The translations under genes were made by a program, and so were the position numbers. This document shows, in pieces, positions 1-10,368 of a DNA stretch of 64,000 nucleotides. Where the stretch lies: assembly GCA_963675755.2 (NCBI GenBank), contig CAXXMD010000002.1, positions 1,792,001 to 1,856,000 on the forward strand, in the 5' to 3' direction. Under the pieces are notes generated by a model. The model had not been told where the DNA came from and made no database searches. It saw only the letters and a program-made list of their open reading frames with translations. Origin of the DNA: a bacterium. GTDB lineage: Bacteria; Zhuqueibacterota; Zhuqueibacteria; Residuimicrobiales; Krinioviventaceae. Numbering within the stretch: the stretch's first letter is position 1; the number at the start of each line of letters is the position of its first letter.

Positions 1-127
1 GAATAGATCAATTTGATTTCTCACAAAAAGATTTTCAAATAGATTATTAATTATTCCACCTGTTTTGCAATCTAAAACTAGTAATCAAGGGACTTGATTC
101 AGACAGGATTTCATTATATAGACTAAT

Positions 128-170
128 AAAAAGAGGCCCGAACGATAATCGTCCGGACCTCTTTTTTTTT
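128..170. terminator. Probable bidirectional intrinsic terminator
   Basis: Imperfect hairpin AAAAAGAGG...CCTCTTTTTTTTT with A- and T-tracts, just past the 3' end of the minus-strand DUF302 gene. Confidence 0.7.
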
Positions 171-190
171 GGAGTGTAATTGGGTATTTA

Positions 191-580
191 TTACAGGGAT
201 TCTATAACATTTTTCAATTTCTGTTGTATTGTGGTAGCCACCTCTGCAAGGGTTTCATTTTGAACTGCCTGCATAGACGCTGCCGGGTCAACAGCAGTAA
301 CTTCGGTCTTGCCGCCATCTGCATCCTGTACGATTACATTACAGGGCAGCATGGTTCCAATCATTCTCTCGGCTTGCAGCGCTTTATAAGCATTCGGCGG
401 ATTACAAGCACCCAGAATCTTGTAATTTCGAAAATCTACATCCAGTTTCTTTTTCAAAGTGGCTTGTACATCAATTTCAGTTAAAACACCAAAGCCTTCG
501 GTTTTCAACTGTTCGGTTACATATTCTACTGCCTCATCAAAAGGCTTGTCAATTACTTTAGTATAATAATAACTCATCAT
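191..580 (-). CDS. DUF302 domain-containing protein
   Basis: GFGVLTEIDVQATLKKKL, YKILGACNP and IGTMLPCNVIV are typical DUF302 motifs; GGGAGA RBS upstream. Confidence 0.9.
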   Translation of the reverse strand: MMSYYYTKVIDKPFDEAVEYVTEQLKTEGFGVLTEIDVQATLKKKLDVDFRNYKILGACNPPNAYKALQAERMIGTMLPCNVIVQDADGGKTEVTAVDPAASMQAVQNETLAEVATTIQQKLKNVIESL

Positions 581-699
581 GTTCTCCCAAAATTATTTCA
601 TCCGGTAATCATACCGGATTTGTTACCTCTATAAATTGGATGCAGCAAAGGGAGAAATGTTTCAGAAAGATTTGGGGAAAGAGGATAAAATCACAAAAA

Positions 700-901
700 T
701 CACATGGAAAAATCCAGGATTTTATAATAATTCAACACTCGCAAAGCCCGCAGTGTATTCCAGCGACTTGACTTGCCTCCCTGTTCCATATCAAAATGTG
801 TTTGTCCGGGATGTTTTGCCTGCAACGGCCAGGTACCTTCAGCCTTGCGTTTTTTCAGCAATACCGTCATCCAATATCCATGTAATTAACTCGGAATTCA
901 T
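700..901 (-). pseudogene. Internally deleted, frameshifted remnant of a squalene-cyclase/prenyltransferase-like conserved hypothetical gene
   Basis: Manual translation: ATG at 901 gives MNSELITWILD..., and another frame from 870 gives MTVLLKKRKAEGTWPLQAKHPGQTHFDMEQGGKSSRWNTLRALRVLNYY, which I recognise as the C-terminus of a ~300 aa family; the middle is missing. Confidence 0.7.
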
Positions 902-967
902 TTAATACTCCCCCTGGCATTCATGATGAATTATTTACAAAGGTAATGGGTGAAATTCAAGAGAAAA
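894..967. repeat. 74 bp direct repeat, copy 1 (upstream region and start of the broken gene)
   Basis: GAATTCATTTAATACTCCCCCTGGCATTCATGATGAATTATTTACAAAGGTAATGGGTGAAATTCAAGAGAAAA; about 4 mismatches to 6760-6833. Confidence 0.95.
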
Positions 968-1593
968 GTTGATATTGTCTAAATTGAGATGATAAGAATT
1001 TTAGGGTAATAGGATTTTCAATCGGTCTATCGACTAAATAACGAGATAAAATTACCAAATGTAAAATTTTGAGATTACAACATCCAACAAACTTTTAACT
1101 CTAAAAAAAATAATTCTTACCAACTTTACTGACTTTCGCCACTGGTCGGAGGACAACAAGCACATAAAAGGGTGTTCTCCTGAAAAAGTAGGACTGAAAG
1201 GATTGCATGAATCGTGCAAAGAAAAATATAAAAATTTGTTATTTTTTTAAAAAAAACTTGACTTTCTACAAAAAAAATATTAACTAAAATTAGTTTAATA
1301 TATTAAATTACCAAACGATTCACACGGGGATGTGCTGCGCTAGGTGAACTTTTTCATTGAAATATTACAAATTTCTGAAAAAATTTGATACTCGTAGATT
1401 TTAACCATTATCATTTATTTAAGTCATTACACAAAAAGGCTTAAATACATTTACAATTCTTCAAACTAAGAAATTATCTATGAATAATCTATTTTTTTTA
1501 TATAACATGAATCGATCACCGCCCTATTTATTTAATAATAATTCACAAGATTTATACATTTAAAAATTCATAACTTTTTTTAAGGGGAAAAAC

Positions 1594-4176
1594 ATGCAAT
1601 TGAAAACCAATCTAAACAAAACAGTCGTCTTATTCTCTTTCATATTTATGTTTTATACAATTGTAATTGAAGCTCAGGTGATGGAATATTTTACCAAAAC
1701 TTATAATTCCAACAACCAGAAAAATGAAAATTTCAATTTAATTCAGTCAAAAGTTATAATATTAGATAATAAAATTTCCAAAATATTTGATTTTAAAATA
1801 GAAACAACTGGAATTTATTATCTGAATGCATTTGGCCTAGGTGCAAAAATTGAAAATAACTATTCAAATTTTGATATTTTTTTAGATAAAAGTTCAAATC
1901 CAATTGGAATTATTAACTTCACTAATACAGGATGGCAAAACAAGTCTTTATATAATGATGATAACAAGGAATTAGTTTCAATAAAACTTGATGCAGGAAT
2001 CCATTCTATCACTTTTACAACACAAACTCCATATGTACCGATGATTGAAAACATCAATTTATCTCAAAACCCTGATGATTTCAATTTTGATCAAAATAAT
2101 TATAATAAATTTCTTACAACTTTAGAAAACAAAAAATTACCTGATAACTATAATGACTTAAAAAAACATAATGAATTAGGCAAGATAAATACCTTATGGG
2201 AGCACTTTGAATATAGATGGTTATTAGATATGGATTATAATTATACATTTCGTAATTTATTTTATCTTACTAGCGGTCAGAATGTTACATTTGAAACTAT
2301 CAATGACGATCCAAATAGCTCAGACCCAGTAATGTATTTATACAATAGAACAGATCCTGAATTGTATGGTTCATGGTTTGATGATGATGGAGGTTCAGGT
2401 TACCAATCAAAAATCACCTGCACAATCACACACACTGGATTTTATATTTTATTAGTTCGTGCATATTATTCGGAATATCCAGGGACTTCTGATTTACAAT
2501 TTGGTTCCTACTATGCCTCCAATATTCCAATTGCTGGGGCAAAAGCATCATCTTCATTACAAAAATCAGGGGAATTAAATTATTTTACAAGTCAAATTGG
2601 TAATGGAGATACTTATTTATGCTTAGTGGGACCTTCTGGGACAGTACAATGTTATAATGATGACTATTCTGGTACCGGAAATTTTGATTGGGGCGATGCT
2701 TCTAGAATTAAGAAAAATTTTAGTTCTGGTCAATGCCCTAATACAGTTATAGTATCAAGCCCAACTCCATTATCTCCAACAGGGACATGTGATCTATATG
2801 TAAAATGTAGTAATAGCACCCTTATGACAGATTTTTTGAATTATTTTCCCAATTATGATACTGATGATGCAATTGAATCTTATAATGGTCAGTACAATAC
2901 TGTTTATAATTGTGCTTCATGGGTTGGAGGTATAATTGATGAAGTAGAATGGCCTCCCGAGGTTGGTTCTCCCTGGAGAGATCCCACTAGTGATTATCAC
3001 TCTTTTTGTAACTATTTAGAAAACGAGCCCTCTCGTTATGTTGGAGCTAAAACTTTTACACCACCAAATCCATTTGGCAATCCTTCTGAAGATAGTGAAG
3101 TTGATTTATGGGCATTTGGAGAAAATTACACACATTTATCAATCAAAAAAATTCACGGAAGTGCAGTTCAAAATCCACATGGTTATGATTGGGAAAGTAA
3201 AGCTGGCCATGCATCAAATTCAGCCAGAGTTTTTCATCCTAGAAATGCACTTTCGGGTGCTAGTTACGGTTATGTTACTGATTATTTTAGATGGAATGGA
3301 ACTTACTCTTCATCATCTAAAGCTAAAGAACATTTGACAAAATCTTACAATAGAGCTTTAACTTTTGAAGAATCAGTAAAATCAGGGCTAACAAAAAGAG
3401 AAATTATTGAATTCAATGAATCTGAGAAAAAATCATTATTAATAATGACAAATCAAATACCACAAGAAGTAATTAACAATTTCAATTTAACATATACAAA
3501 ATGGCGTAAAACCTGGGATTTACCCCCTCTTTGTTTTCAAAGTAATCCCAAAATGTTTGCACAATCAAAGGAATACTCTGAAATAAAACACCTTTGTGAA
3601 AAAAAAGGAACTTTACTCTGGCCGCTATTAATCAATAAATTTGAAACAGGTGACTTTAATGTTATAAATCTATTAAGAGATCTTATTTATGAATATAATC
3701 AATCAGTAATGGATAGTATAGTAATTGAAAGTAGAAAAGAACAATTTACTAAAGATGGTATTTATATTGCGCCTAGCATTAAATCAAATTGGATGAAATT
3801 TTTCAAGAAATTGTTAGCAATTCCACAAAATGAGTGGGGTTTTTCATCTAATCCAGAAGAAAAAAAATACTCGACAGATAATTCAGTTAATACAGATAGC
3901 ATGTTTATTGCTTTTAACTATCCAAATCCTTTTAATCCAACAACTCAAATTAATTATTATTTACCAGAAGCAAATTCTGTTTCTATAAAAATTTATGATA
4001 TTCTTGGTAAAGAAGTTGTAACTCTTGAGGATAATTGTATAAAACAAAATGGATGGCATAATATAGTTTGGAATGGCAAGTCTCAATATGGACAATCAGT
4101 ATCAGTTGGAACATATTTTGTCTTTTTATCTACTCCCAATGATTCAAAAGTAATTAAAATATCACTAATCAAATAA
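1594..4176 (+). CDS. Secreted multidomain protein: PPC-like modules, papain-like Cys/His domain, C-terminal YPNPFNP/FlgD-like sorting domain
   Basis: Signal peptide; DDDGGSGYQSKI and YNDDYSG PPC-like motifs; YNCASW...YTHLS...WESKAG; NYPNPFNPTTQI...IYDILGKEV. Confidence 0.8.
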   Translation: MQLKTNLNKTVVLFSFIFMFYTIVIEAQVMEYFTKTYNSNNQKNENFNLIQSKVIILDNKISKIFDFKIETTGIYYLNAFGLGAKIENNYSNFDIFLDKSSNPIGIINFTNTGWQNKSLYNDDNKELVSIKLDAGIHSITFTTQTPYVPMIENINLSQNPDDFNFDQNNYNKFLTTLENKKLPDNYNDLKKHNELGKINTLWEHFEYRWLLDMDYNYTFRNLFYLTSGQNVTFETINDDPNSSDPVMYLYNRTDPELYGSWFDDDGGSGYQSKITCTITHTGFYILLVRAYYSEYPGTSDLQFGSYYASNIPIAGAKASSSLQKSGELNYFTSQIGNGDTYLCLVGPSGTVQCYNDDYSGTGNFDWGDASRIKKNFSSGQCPNTVIVSSPTPLSPTGTCDLYVKCSNSTLMTDFLNYFPNYDTDDAIESYNGQYNTVYNCASWVGGIIDEVEWPPEVGSPWRDPTSDYHSFCNYLENEPSRYVGAKTFTPPNPFGNPSEDSEVDLWAFGENYTHLSIKKIHGSAVQNPHGYDWESKAGHASNSARVFHPRNALSGASYGYVTDYFRWNGTYSSSSKAKEHLTKSYNRALTFEESVKSGLTKREIIEFNESEKKSLLIMTNQIPQEVINNFNLTYTKWRKTWDLPPLCFQSNPKMFAQSKEYSEIKHLCEKKGTLLWPLLINKFETGDFNVINLLRDLIYEYNQSVMDSIVIESRKEQFTKDGIYIAPSIKSNWMKFFKKLLAIPQNEWGFSSNPEEKKYSTDNSVNTDSMFIAFNYPNPFNPTTQINYYLPEANSVSIKIYDILGKEVVTLEDNCIKQNGWHNIVWNGKSQYGQSVSVGTYFVFLSTPNDSKVIKISLIK

Positions 4177-4183
4177 ATCAATT

Positions 4184-4213
4184 CAGGCTTTTTAGAAAAC
4201 TCTAAAAAGCCTG
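4184..4213. terminator. 13 bp perfect hairpin between the two island genes
   Basis: CAGGCTTTTTAGA-AAAC-TCTAAAAAGCCTG. Confidence 0.6.
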
Positions 4214-4241
4214 TTACAAATTAATTATCAGGTTCCTTAAA

Positions 4242-6488
4242 ATGCAAGCAAAAAATAAATTATTAATTTCAATTATAATTATCCTAAATTCATTTTGTTT
4301 AACAAATGCCAATAATATTGAATGGAAGAATTTTACTAATTATACAGAAATCACTGATATTCTTGATGATAATACAAATTTATGGATAGCAACAATTAAT
4401 GGTTTGATAAAATTTAATAAAAAAACAGAAGAAATTTCATACTTGAATAGAACCAACAGCAACTTACCAGAAAATAAAATCCTTTCTTTAGGCAAAGACA
4501 GATCAGAAAACATTTGGATAGGGACAGAACATTCTGGTGTTGCAAAATATAATGGTACAAACTGGCAAACTTTTAACAAAAGTAATTCCGAGCTAGCCAG
4601 TAATCAATTAAACAAAGAAATTGCAATCAAAAATTCAGGGGAAGTTTATATTGGCTCTGCATATTATTTATCTATATATGATGGTAGTAATTGGGCCAAC
4701 TTGGAAGCTATAACAAGTCCTTTAAGTAATCTTGTTATTAATAGTATTAAATTTGATCGAGATGGAAATGCATGGTTAGGTGCATCTTGGGGTTTAAGTA
4801 ATTTTGATGGTTCGGCATTTACTCAATACGACCAGTTTAATTGTTATATAAATACATTAGCTATAGATAATAAAAATAATATTTGGATAGGTACAAAAAC
4901 AAAGGGGCTGATAAAATTTAATCATTTTAACAATACATGGACAAATTATGATACAACAAATTCTGGAATACCTAGTAATCATATTTGTTCTATAAAAATT
5001 GATTCAAAAAATCAAATATGGGTTGCTACAGAAAAAGGATTATCTGTTTATTTCAACTCGAATTGGACTAACTATAATTCAAATAATTCAGAATTGCCTA
5101 CAAACAATTATATTAATGTTATTGAAATTGATCAAAATGATACCATTTGGATAGGTTTATGGAAAAATGGTCTTATAAAATTTGATGGTAAAAGCTGGAA
5201 ACGTTACAATCTATCCCAATCACCAATGTCCATAAACTCTATATATGCCATTGAAAAAGATAAAAAAGGTAATATCTACATAGGTGGGTATGAAGGCCTT
5301 GTCTATTATAATGGCAGTGACTGGGAAAACTTGAATGACGTATTTGGCTTCACGAACCAATCTGTTTTAGCTATAAAAGAGGACAATCAGGGCGATATGT
5401 GGTTCGGCTTAAATACAAGTAACTGTTTGTACCATTCTGACGGTGATAGTTGGATAGCATATGATTCAACAAACATACCTTTAACATTATCAAAAAGCCA
5501 TATAAACACTCTTGAAATTGATAACGTAAACGATCTTTGGGTAGGAACAAATTCTAGCGGACTATATCATTTCAATAATGATAATTGGGAATCTTTAAAT
5601 ATTAATAATACACCATTACCAAGTAATATTATTTCAGCAATAGCGATTGATTGTACAGGAGTTCTGTGGGTAGGTACTTTAAGCAATTACTTTTTTTCCA
5701 ATGGAGAACCTGTTATTTGGGAAGGTGGGCTCGCCAAAAAAAATGATAAAAATTGGATAATATATAATAAAACAAACTCGGGGTTACCATTTAATAGTAT
5801 TTCTGATTTAGAATTTGATTCAAATGGTGTATTATGGGCAGCTCCCCGTGATGATGACAATATTGTTGGAGGCAATAAAGGTGGTGGACTGGTACAGTAT
5901 GACGGCAAAGACTGGAAGTGTTATAATATGTCTAATTCACCACTAACAAGTAATACAATCTTTGATATTTTTATTGATTCACAGGATAATCTTTGGCTTG
6001 GCACATATAACGGTGGTTTGATAAATTTTGATAAAAATAATTTATGGTCTATTTATAATACATCCAATTCAGGTATTACTTCTAATACAGTAAATTGTAT
6101 TTGTGAGGATGATTTAGGTCATTTCTGGTTAGGTCACCCATTTGAAGGTGTATCTATCTACCGCAAAGGTGGTATTATGCTAGATTCTACTAAAAATTTA
6201 AGCAATCCAATTGATTTTGAATTATTACAAAATTATCCAAACCCTTTCAACGAATCTACTATTATACCTTTTATCGTCTACAACTCGACAAAGCTCACAA
6301 TTGAAGTTTATAATATATTAGGGCAACGGGTATCAAGTATCATTTGTAAAGATTATCTACCAGGGAAATTTGAAATAAGATGGAATGGGAGAAATTCTTT
6401 TAACCAGAAATTACCAAGCGGTATTTATATGTATATCCTAAAAAACAATGAACAATATATATCAAAAAAGATGCTACTCATTCATTAA
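4242..6488 (+). CDS. Secreted beta-propeller protein (two-component regulator propeller repeats) with YPNPFN sorting domain
   Basis: Many repeats of NSxLPxNxI...D..NNIWIGT..GL..FDG..W; signal peptide; QNYPNPFNESTII. Confidence 0.88.
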   Translation: MQAKNKLLISIIIILNSFCLTNANNIEWKNFTNYTEITDILDDNTNLWIATINGLIKFNKKTEEISYLNRTNSNLPENKILSLGKDRSENIWIGTEHSGVAKYNGTNWQTFNKSNSELASNQLNKEIAIKNSGEVYIGSAYYLSIYDGSNWANLEAITSPLSNLVINSIKFDRDGNAWLGASWGLSNFDGSAFTQYDQFNCYINTLAIDNKNNIWIGTKTKGLIKFNHFNNTWTNYDTTNSGIPSNHICSIKIDSKNQIWVATEKGLSVYFNSNWTNYNSNNSELPTNNYINVIEIDQNDTIWIGLWKNGLIKFDGKSWKRYNLSQSPMSINSIYAIEKDKKGNIYIGGYEGLVYYNGSDWENLNDVFGFTNQSVLAIKEDNQGDMWFGLNTSNCLYHSDGDSWIAYDSTNIPLTLSKSHINTLEIDNVNDLWVGTNSSGLYHFNNDNWESLNINNTPLPSNIISAIAIDCTGVLWVGTLSNYFFSNGEPVIWEGGLAKKNDKNWIIYNKTNSGLPFNSISDLEFDSNGVLWAAPRDDDNIVGGNKGGGLVQYDGKDWKCYNMSNSPLTSNTIFDIFIDSQDNLWLGTYNGGLINFDKNNLWSIYNTSNSGITSNTVNCICEDDLGHFWLGHPFEGVSIYRKGGIMLDSTKNLSNPIDFELLQNYPNPFNESTIIPFIVYNSTKLTIEVYNILGQRVSSIICKDYLPGKFEIRWNGRNSFNQKLPSGIYMYILKNNEQYISKKMLLIH

Positions 6489-6704
6489 TTACAAACTTGA
6501 TAAAAATCATTTTTACATAAAACATATAATCATTTCGATTTATAGACCCTTTTTAAATGTTTCAATATGTTATTCATTTTTAATTTTAAAATATCAATAG
6601 GGTATAAATCCGAGTTGCTCTCTAATTTAAATTGTATATACTAAGAAATCTATATATAAGATTTCCCCAAATTTTTCCATTCTTTAAATTTATTTCAATT
6701 GTAT

Positions 6705-6767
6705 TTACCCCTGGTACTGAATAGAGATATCGCCACCCAAGAGCCAGTTGATTAATTCTGAATTCAT
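6705..6767 (-). pseudogene. N-terminal stub of the same squalene-cyclase-like gene
   Basis: GAGGGAG RBS then MNSELINWLLGGDISIQYQG*, matching the family N-terminus WLLxGDxSIQYQ; truncated at the island edge. Confidence 0.65.
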
Positions 6768-6833
6768 TTAATACTCCCTCTGGCATTCATGATATATTAT
6801 TTACAAAGGTAATGGGTGAAATTCAAGGGAAAA
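6760..6833. repeat. 74 bp direct repeat, copy 2
   Basis: Near-identical to 894-967. Confidence 0.95.
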
Positions 6834-6966
6834 TTAATCTTTCTCCTGAAACCTCCGGCCAATTTTAACGTATGAAATTTATTACCCCGGCGTATGGAAT
6901 GACAGTCCAAATTTTGTTGTTCCATAATTCATATCAAATCGACCTCAACCCATGCATGGAGGATGT

Positions 6967-8289
6967 ATGAAGCTTTTGAAAACTCTTCTGCTTGTATTGC
7001 TGACGGTTTCCGCTGTTACCGCAATGACGCAGGAAAAAGACATTCAAACCTTTACTCTGGACAATGGAATGAAATTCATTGTTCTGGAAGATCACGACAT
7101 TCCAAACGCAACATTTTATATCTTTTGGAAAGTTGGGTCACGTAACGAGGTGCCGGGCATTACCGGATTGTCCCACTTTTTTGAGCACATGATGTTTCTG
7201 GGCTCTGAAAATTACGGTCCCGGTGAATTTGACCGCGTCATGGAAGCCAACGGCGGCGCCAACAATGCCTATACCACCGAAGATGTAACGGTGTATATGG
7301 AGTGGTTTCCCGCCCAGGCGCTCGAAACCATATTCACGCTTGAAAGCGATCGTGTTGGCAAGCTCGAATTCAATGACGAACGTATTGAAAGTGAACGCGC
7401 GGTTGTAACATCCGAGCGCGTAACCCGACTCGAAAACAGCAATTTTTCGCGATTAAACAGCACAGTCAAACCCACAGCCATGAGCGCGCATCCCTACAGA
7501 TGGCCGGTCATTGGTCACCAGTCTGACATTCGCAATTGGAAAAAATCGGACCTGCAAAACTATTTTAAAACCTATTACGCTCCCAACAATGGCGTAGCTG
7601 TTGTAGTTGGCGATCTGGATCTGGAAAAAGTTAAGAAATTGGCACAGGAATACTTTGGTCCCATACCGGCTCAGGAACCCGCTCGTCCCATTCATACGGT
7701 TGAACCTGAACAAAACGGTGAGAAACGTGTGATTGAGCACAAACAGGTCTCTACTCCCAACCTGATGATGGTGCATCATGTTCCCAATGCAAAACATGAG
7801 GATTATTACGCGTTGGACATGCTGCAGGCTATATTGTCGGATGGTCGTTCATCCCGACTGTACAGCAGCCTTGTGGACCAACAGCAAAAGGCAGTTGAAA
7901 TTTTCAGCTATTATCCCACTTCGTTTGATCCCTTTCTGTTTTATATTTATGGTGTCTGTAATCAGGATGTGTCAGAATCCGAGTTGGAAACAGCTATCCT
8001 TGACGAGCTCGAAAAGATCAAGACTAATGGTGTAACCGAACAGGAACTGCAAAAAATCAAAAACCGTAAACTGGTTACATTCTATAAAAACATGGCAACC
8101 ATTGACGGTAAAGCCTCTACCATTGGAGATTACGAGATTTATTTCGGGGACTATAAAAAACTGTTTAGCGCACCCGAAGCCTATCAGGCAGTGACCGTCG
8201 ACGATATCAAACGTGTTGCCAATACCTATTTCACCAAAAGTAACCGTACCGTGGGCATTTTAATACCGGCAGAGGAGGACCAGTTATGA
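6967..8289 (+). CDS. M16 family zinc peptidase, catalytic subunit
   Basis: TGLSHFFEHMMFLGS (HxxEH), NAYT, HPYRWPVIG; signal peptide; GGAGG RBS favours ATG 6967. Confidence 0.93.
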   Translation: MKLLKTLLLVLLTVSAVTAMTQEKDIQTFTLDNGMKFIVLEDHDIPNATFYIFWKVGSRNEVPGITGLSHFFEHMMFLGSENYGPGEFDRVMEANGGANNAYTTEDVTVYMEWFPAQALETIFTLESDRVGKLEFNDERIESERAVVTSERVTRLENSNFSRLNSTVKPTAMSAHPYRWPVIGHQSDIRNWKKSDLQNYFKTYYAPNNGVAVVVGDLDLEKVKKLAQEYFGPIPAQEPARPIHTVEPEQNGEKRVIEHKQVSTPNLMMVHHVPNAKHEDYYALDMLQAILSDGRSSRLYSSLVDQQQKAVEIFSYYPTSFDPFLFYIYGVCNQDVSESELETAILDELEKIKTNGVTEQELQKIKNRKLVTFYKNMATIDGKASTIGDYEIYFGDYKKLFSAPEAYQAVTVDDIKRVANTYFTKSNRTVGILIPAEEDQL

Positions 8290-9683
8290 GATCAAGAATA
8301 GCATGGATATTTGCCGCAGTACTGTTACTCGTTTTAACACTGCAACTGCCTCTCATGGCAGCAGGAAAATTTCAATTACCTGAATATGAAAAATTGACCC
8401 TTAAAAACGGTTTGACCGTTTATTTACTGGAGCAAAAAGAAGTCCCGCTGGTGTATGTTTCCATGGTATTTCCGGCAGGTTCTGTCAAAGACGGCGAGCA
8501 ATACGGATTGGCTTCACTGACCGCTGACGGACTTTTATTTGGTACTCAAAATTACAGTAAAAAAGAGATCGAAGAACAACTGGACTTTATCGGTGCGTCT
8601 TTTGGTACATCGGCCAGCAAGGAATATTCAAGACTCACCATGTCCTTTTTAAACAGCGATCAGGACAAGGTTTTCCCCCTGCTGAAAGAGATTGTGATGC
8701 ATCCGGTTTTTGATGAACAGGAATATGACAAAGCCAAATCCCGATTACTGGTGAACCTTGAACGCGCGAAAGAAAATCCCCGCCAGGTTATGGGCAGTTA
8801 TTATTACAAATTCCTGTTTGGAGATCATGTCTATGGCAACCCCACAACTGGTACGGTGAAAAGTGTGACCGATCTGGGTGTAAACGATCTGAAATCCTTT
8901 TACAAAGACAATTATACCCCAAAAGGCTCTGCTATTGCCATTGCCGGTGATTTTAACACCAAAGACATGAAAAAAACGATTGAAGCCTTGTTCAAAGACT
9001 GGAACAACAAGGGCAAATCCGTTGATACAAAAAATGCAGACATTCCCAAACTCGACAAATCACGAGTACTGCTGGTAAACAAGGAAGATGCAACCGAAAC
9101 CCGGTTCATGATTGGGCAACAGGGAATCAAACGCAGCAATCCCGATTACATACCCATTCAGGTGGTCAATACCATCTTTGGTGGTCGGTTTACATCGTGG
9201 CTAATGGATGAACTGCGCACCAAACGCGGACTTACCTATGGTGCGTACAGCTATTTTCAACCGCTAAAGAACTCTGGTATTTTTGCCATCAGCAGCTTTA
9301 CCCCCACAGATTCTACAGCCAAAGCGCTGGATGTGGCATTGGCTATTGTGGACAAACTCCATGACGAAGGAGTGGATGAAGAAACACTCCAATCCGCCAA
9401 GAATTACATTAAGGGTCAATATCCCCCGGAATACGAAACATCGGGGCAACTGGCCGATTTATTGACCGACATGTTTATCTATGATTTTGACGAATCATTC
9501 ATCAATACATTTGAAAAAAATGTAGACAATATGACCACCGCCGAAGCCAAAGAAATTGTACAAAAATATTTCCCGCAAAAAAACCTGCAGTTTGTGCTTG
9601 TAGGTAAAGCAGATGAGATCCGGGATATTGTAAAGGATTATGGCGAAGTAACAGAAAAAGACATCAAAGCGGATGGGTTTTAG
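8286..9683 (+). CDS. M16 family peptidase, non-catalytic partner subunit
   Basis: M16 motifs (TLKNGLTVYLLE, FGGRFTSWLMDELRTKRGLTYG) without HxxEH; ATGA overlap with the upstream gene. Confidence 0.9.
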   Translation: MRSRIAWIFAAVLLLVLTLQLPLMAAGKFQLPEYEKLTLKNGLTVYLLEQKEVPLVYVSMVFPAGSVKDGEQYGLASLTADGLLFGTQNYSKKEIEEQLDFIGASFGTSASKEYSRLTMSFLNSDQDKVFPLLKEIVMHPVFDEQEYDKAKSRLLVNLERAKENPRQVMGSYYYKFLFGDHVYGNPTTGTVKSVTDLGVNDLKSFYKDNYTPKGSAIAIAGDFNTKDMKKTIEALFKDWNNKGKSVDTKNADIPKLDKSRVLLVNKEDATETRFMIGQQGIKRSNPDYIPIQVVNTIFGGRFTSWLMDELRTKRGLTYGAYSYFQPLKNSGIFAISSFTPTDSTAKALDVALAIVDKLHDEGVDEETLQSAKNYIKGQYPPEYETSGQLADLLTDMFIYDFDESFINTFEKNVDNMTTAEAKEIVQKYFPQKNLQFVLVGKADEIRDIVKDYGEVTEKDIKADGF

Positions 9684-9718
9684 CTGAAATTGACATTTTA
9701 TCAATTATCAACAAGTAA

Positions 9719-9820
9719 TCAGTTTTCAGGTTTCAGTCTTCAGTTTTCAAGTGAGACGTGGAACGTCAGACGTGAGATGTGAATATAGAGTTATCAGTTG
9801 TCAGTTACTAGTCGTCAGTT
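9719..9820. repeat. Three abutting degenerate heptamer tandem arrays
   Basis: TCAGTTT-like x4, GTGAGAC-like x4, AGTTATC-like x4. Confidence 0.8.
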
Positions 9821-9939
9821 AAAACTGATCTTAAATATGGCTATCAGCTATTAATCATTCAAAATAAGCCAATAAATCTGTTTCAATCTGGTTCCAAGGC
9901 TCTCAGGTTGTGTAAAAACAAGAAAAATTGTTATGTTTT

Positions 9940-10111
9940 TGGAGTGCATCGCCTTTATGCGATGCGTCGGGCCGAAGGTCCGATTTAAACCCGACTGCTT
10001 TTCAAATATTATAGATTTATCATTGTGATGTAAGTTCAATATTATTATGCAAATATAGTTGAATAGAGGCCGTCTCCGACGGCCCGCATTACATAAAGGT
10101 AATGCACTCCA
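9940..10111. repeat. REP/REPIN-like inverted unit with nested hairpins
   Basis: TGGAGTGCAT...ATGCACTCCA ends; internal GCATCGC/GCGATGC, TCGGGCCGAAGGTCCGA and GGCCGTCTCCGACGGCC hairpins. Confidence 0.6.
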
Positions 10112-10235
10112 CGTCTTTTTTAAATTTTGCTCATAAATATAATTTTATTTGTTTGAAATTTAATTCATTTTCACACAGTCTGTCTGCCGTGGGACCTTTT
10201 TTGTTTACTCGTTCACATCTGCCTTTGTTTATGAT

Positions 10236-10368
10236 CGGGGCTGTATCAAAAGGGTCAAAATAGCCATATTTTGAAATATTCGCAAATAATTCGTTCAATA
10301 AAAACAATATGTTACTTCTCCGGCATATTGACCAAAATCATGTTTTTCGGGCTTTTGATACAGCCCCG
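10236..10368. mobile_element. 133 bp MITE-like element with IS1182-like ends
   Basis: Perfect 17 bp inverted repeat CGGGGCTGTATCAAAAG / CTTTTGATACAGCCCCG with no internal transposase. Confidence 0.7.

Noticed and set aside
1-50. Possible 3' end of a plus-strand gene (...IDQFDFSQKDFQIDY*)
   Set aside because: Too short to support or identify.
636-905. 89 aa plus-strand ORF
   Set aside because: Shadow of the minus-strand pseudogene; no recognisable motif.
1110-1350. GC-richer patch in the island's left intergenic region, possible ncRNA or gene remnant
   Set aside because: No convincing stems, known motif or recognisable peptide.
894-6833. attL/attR of a prophage or integrative element
   Set aside because: No integrase, tRNA or phage genes; the repeat is the upstream region and start of a protein gene.
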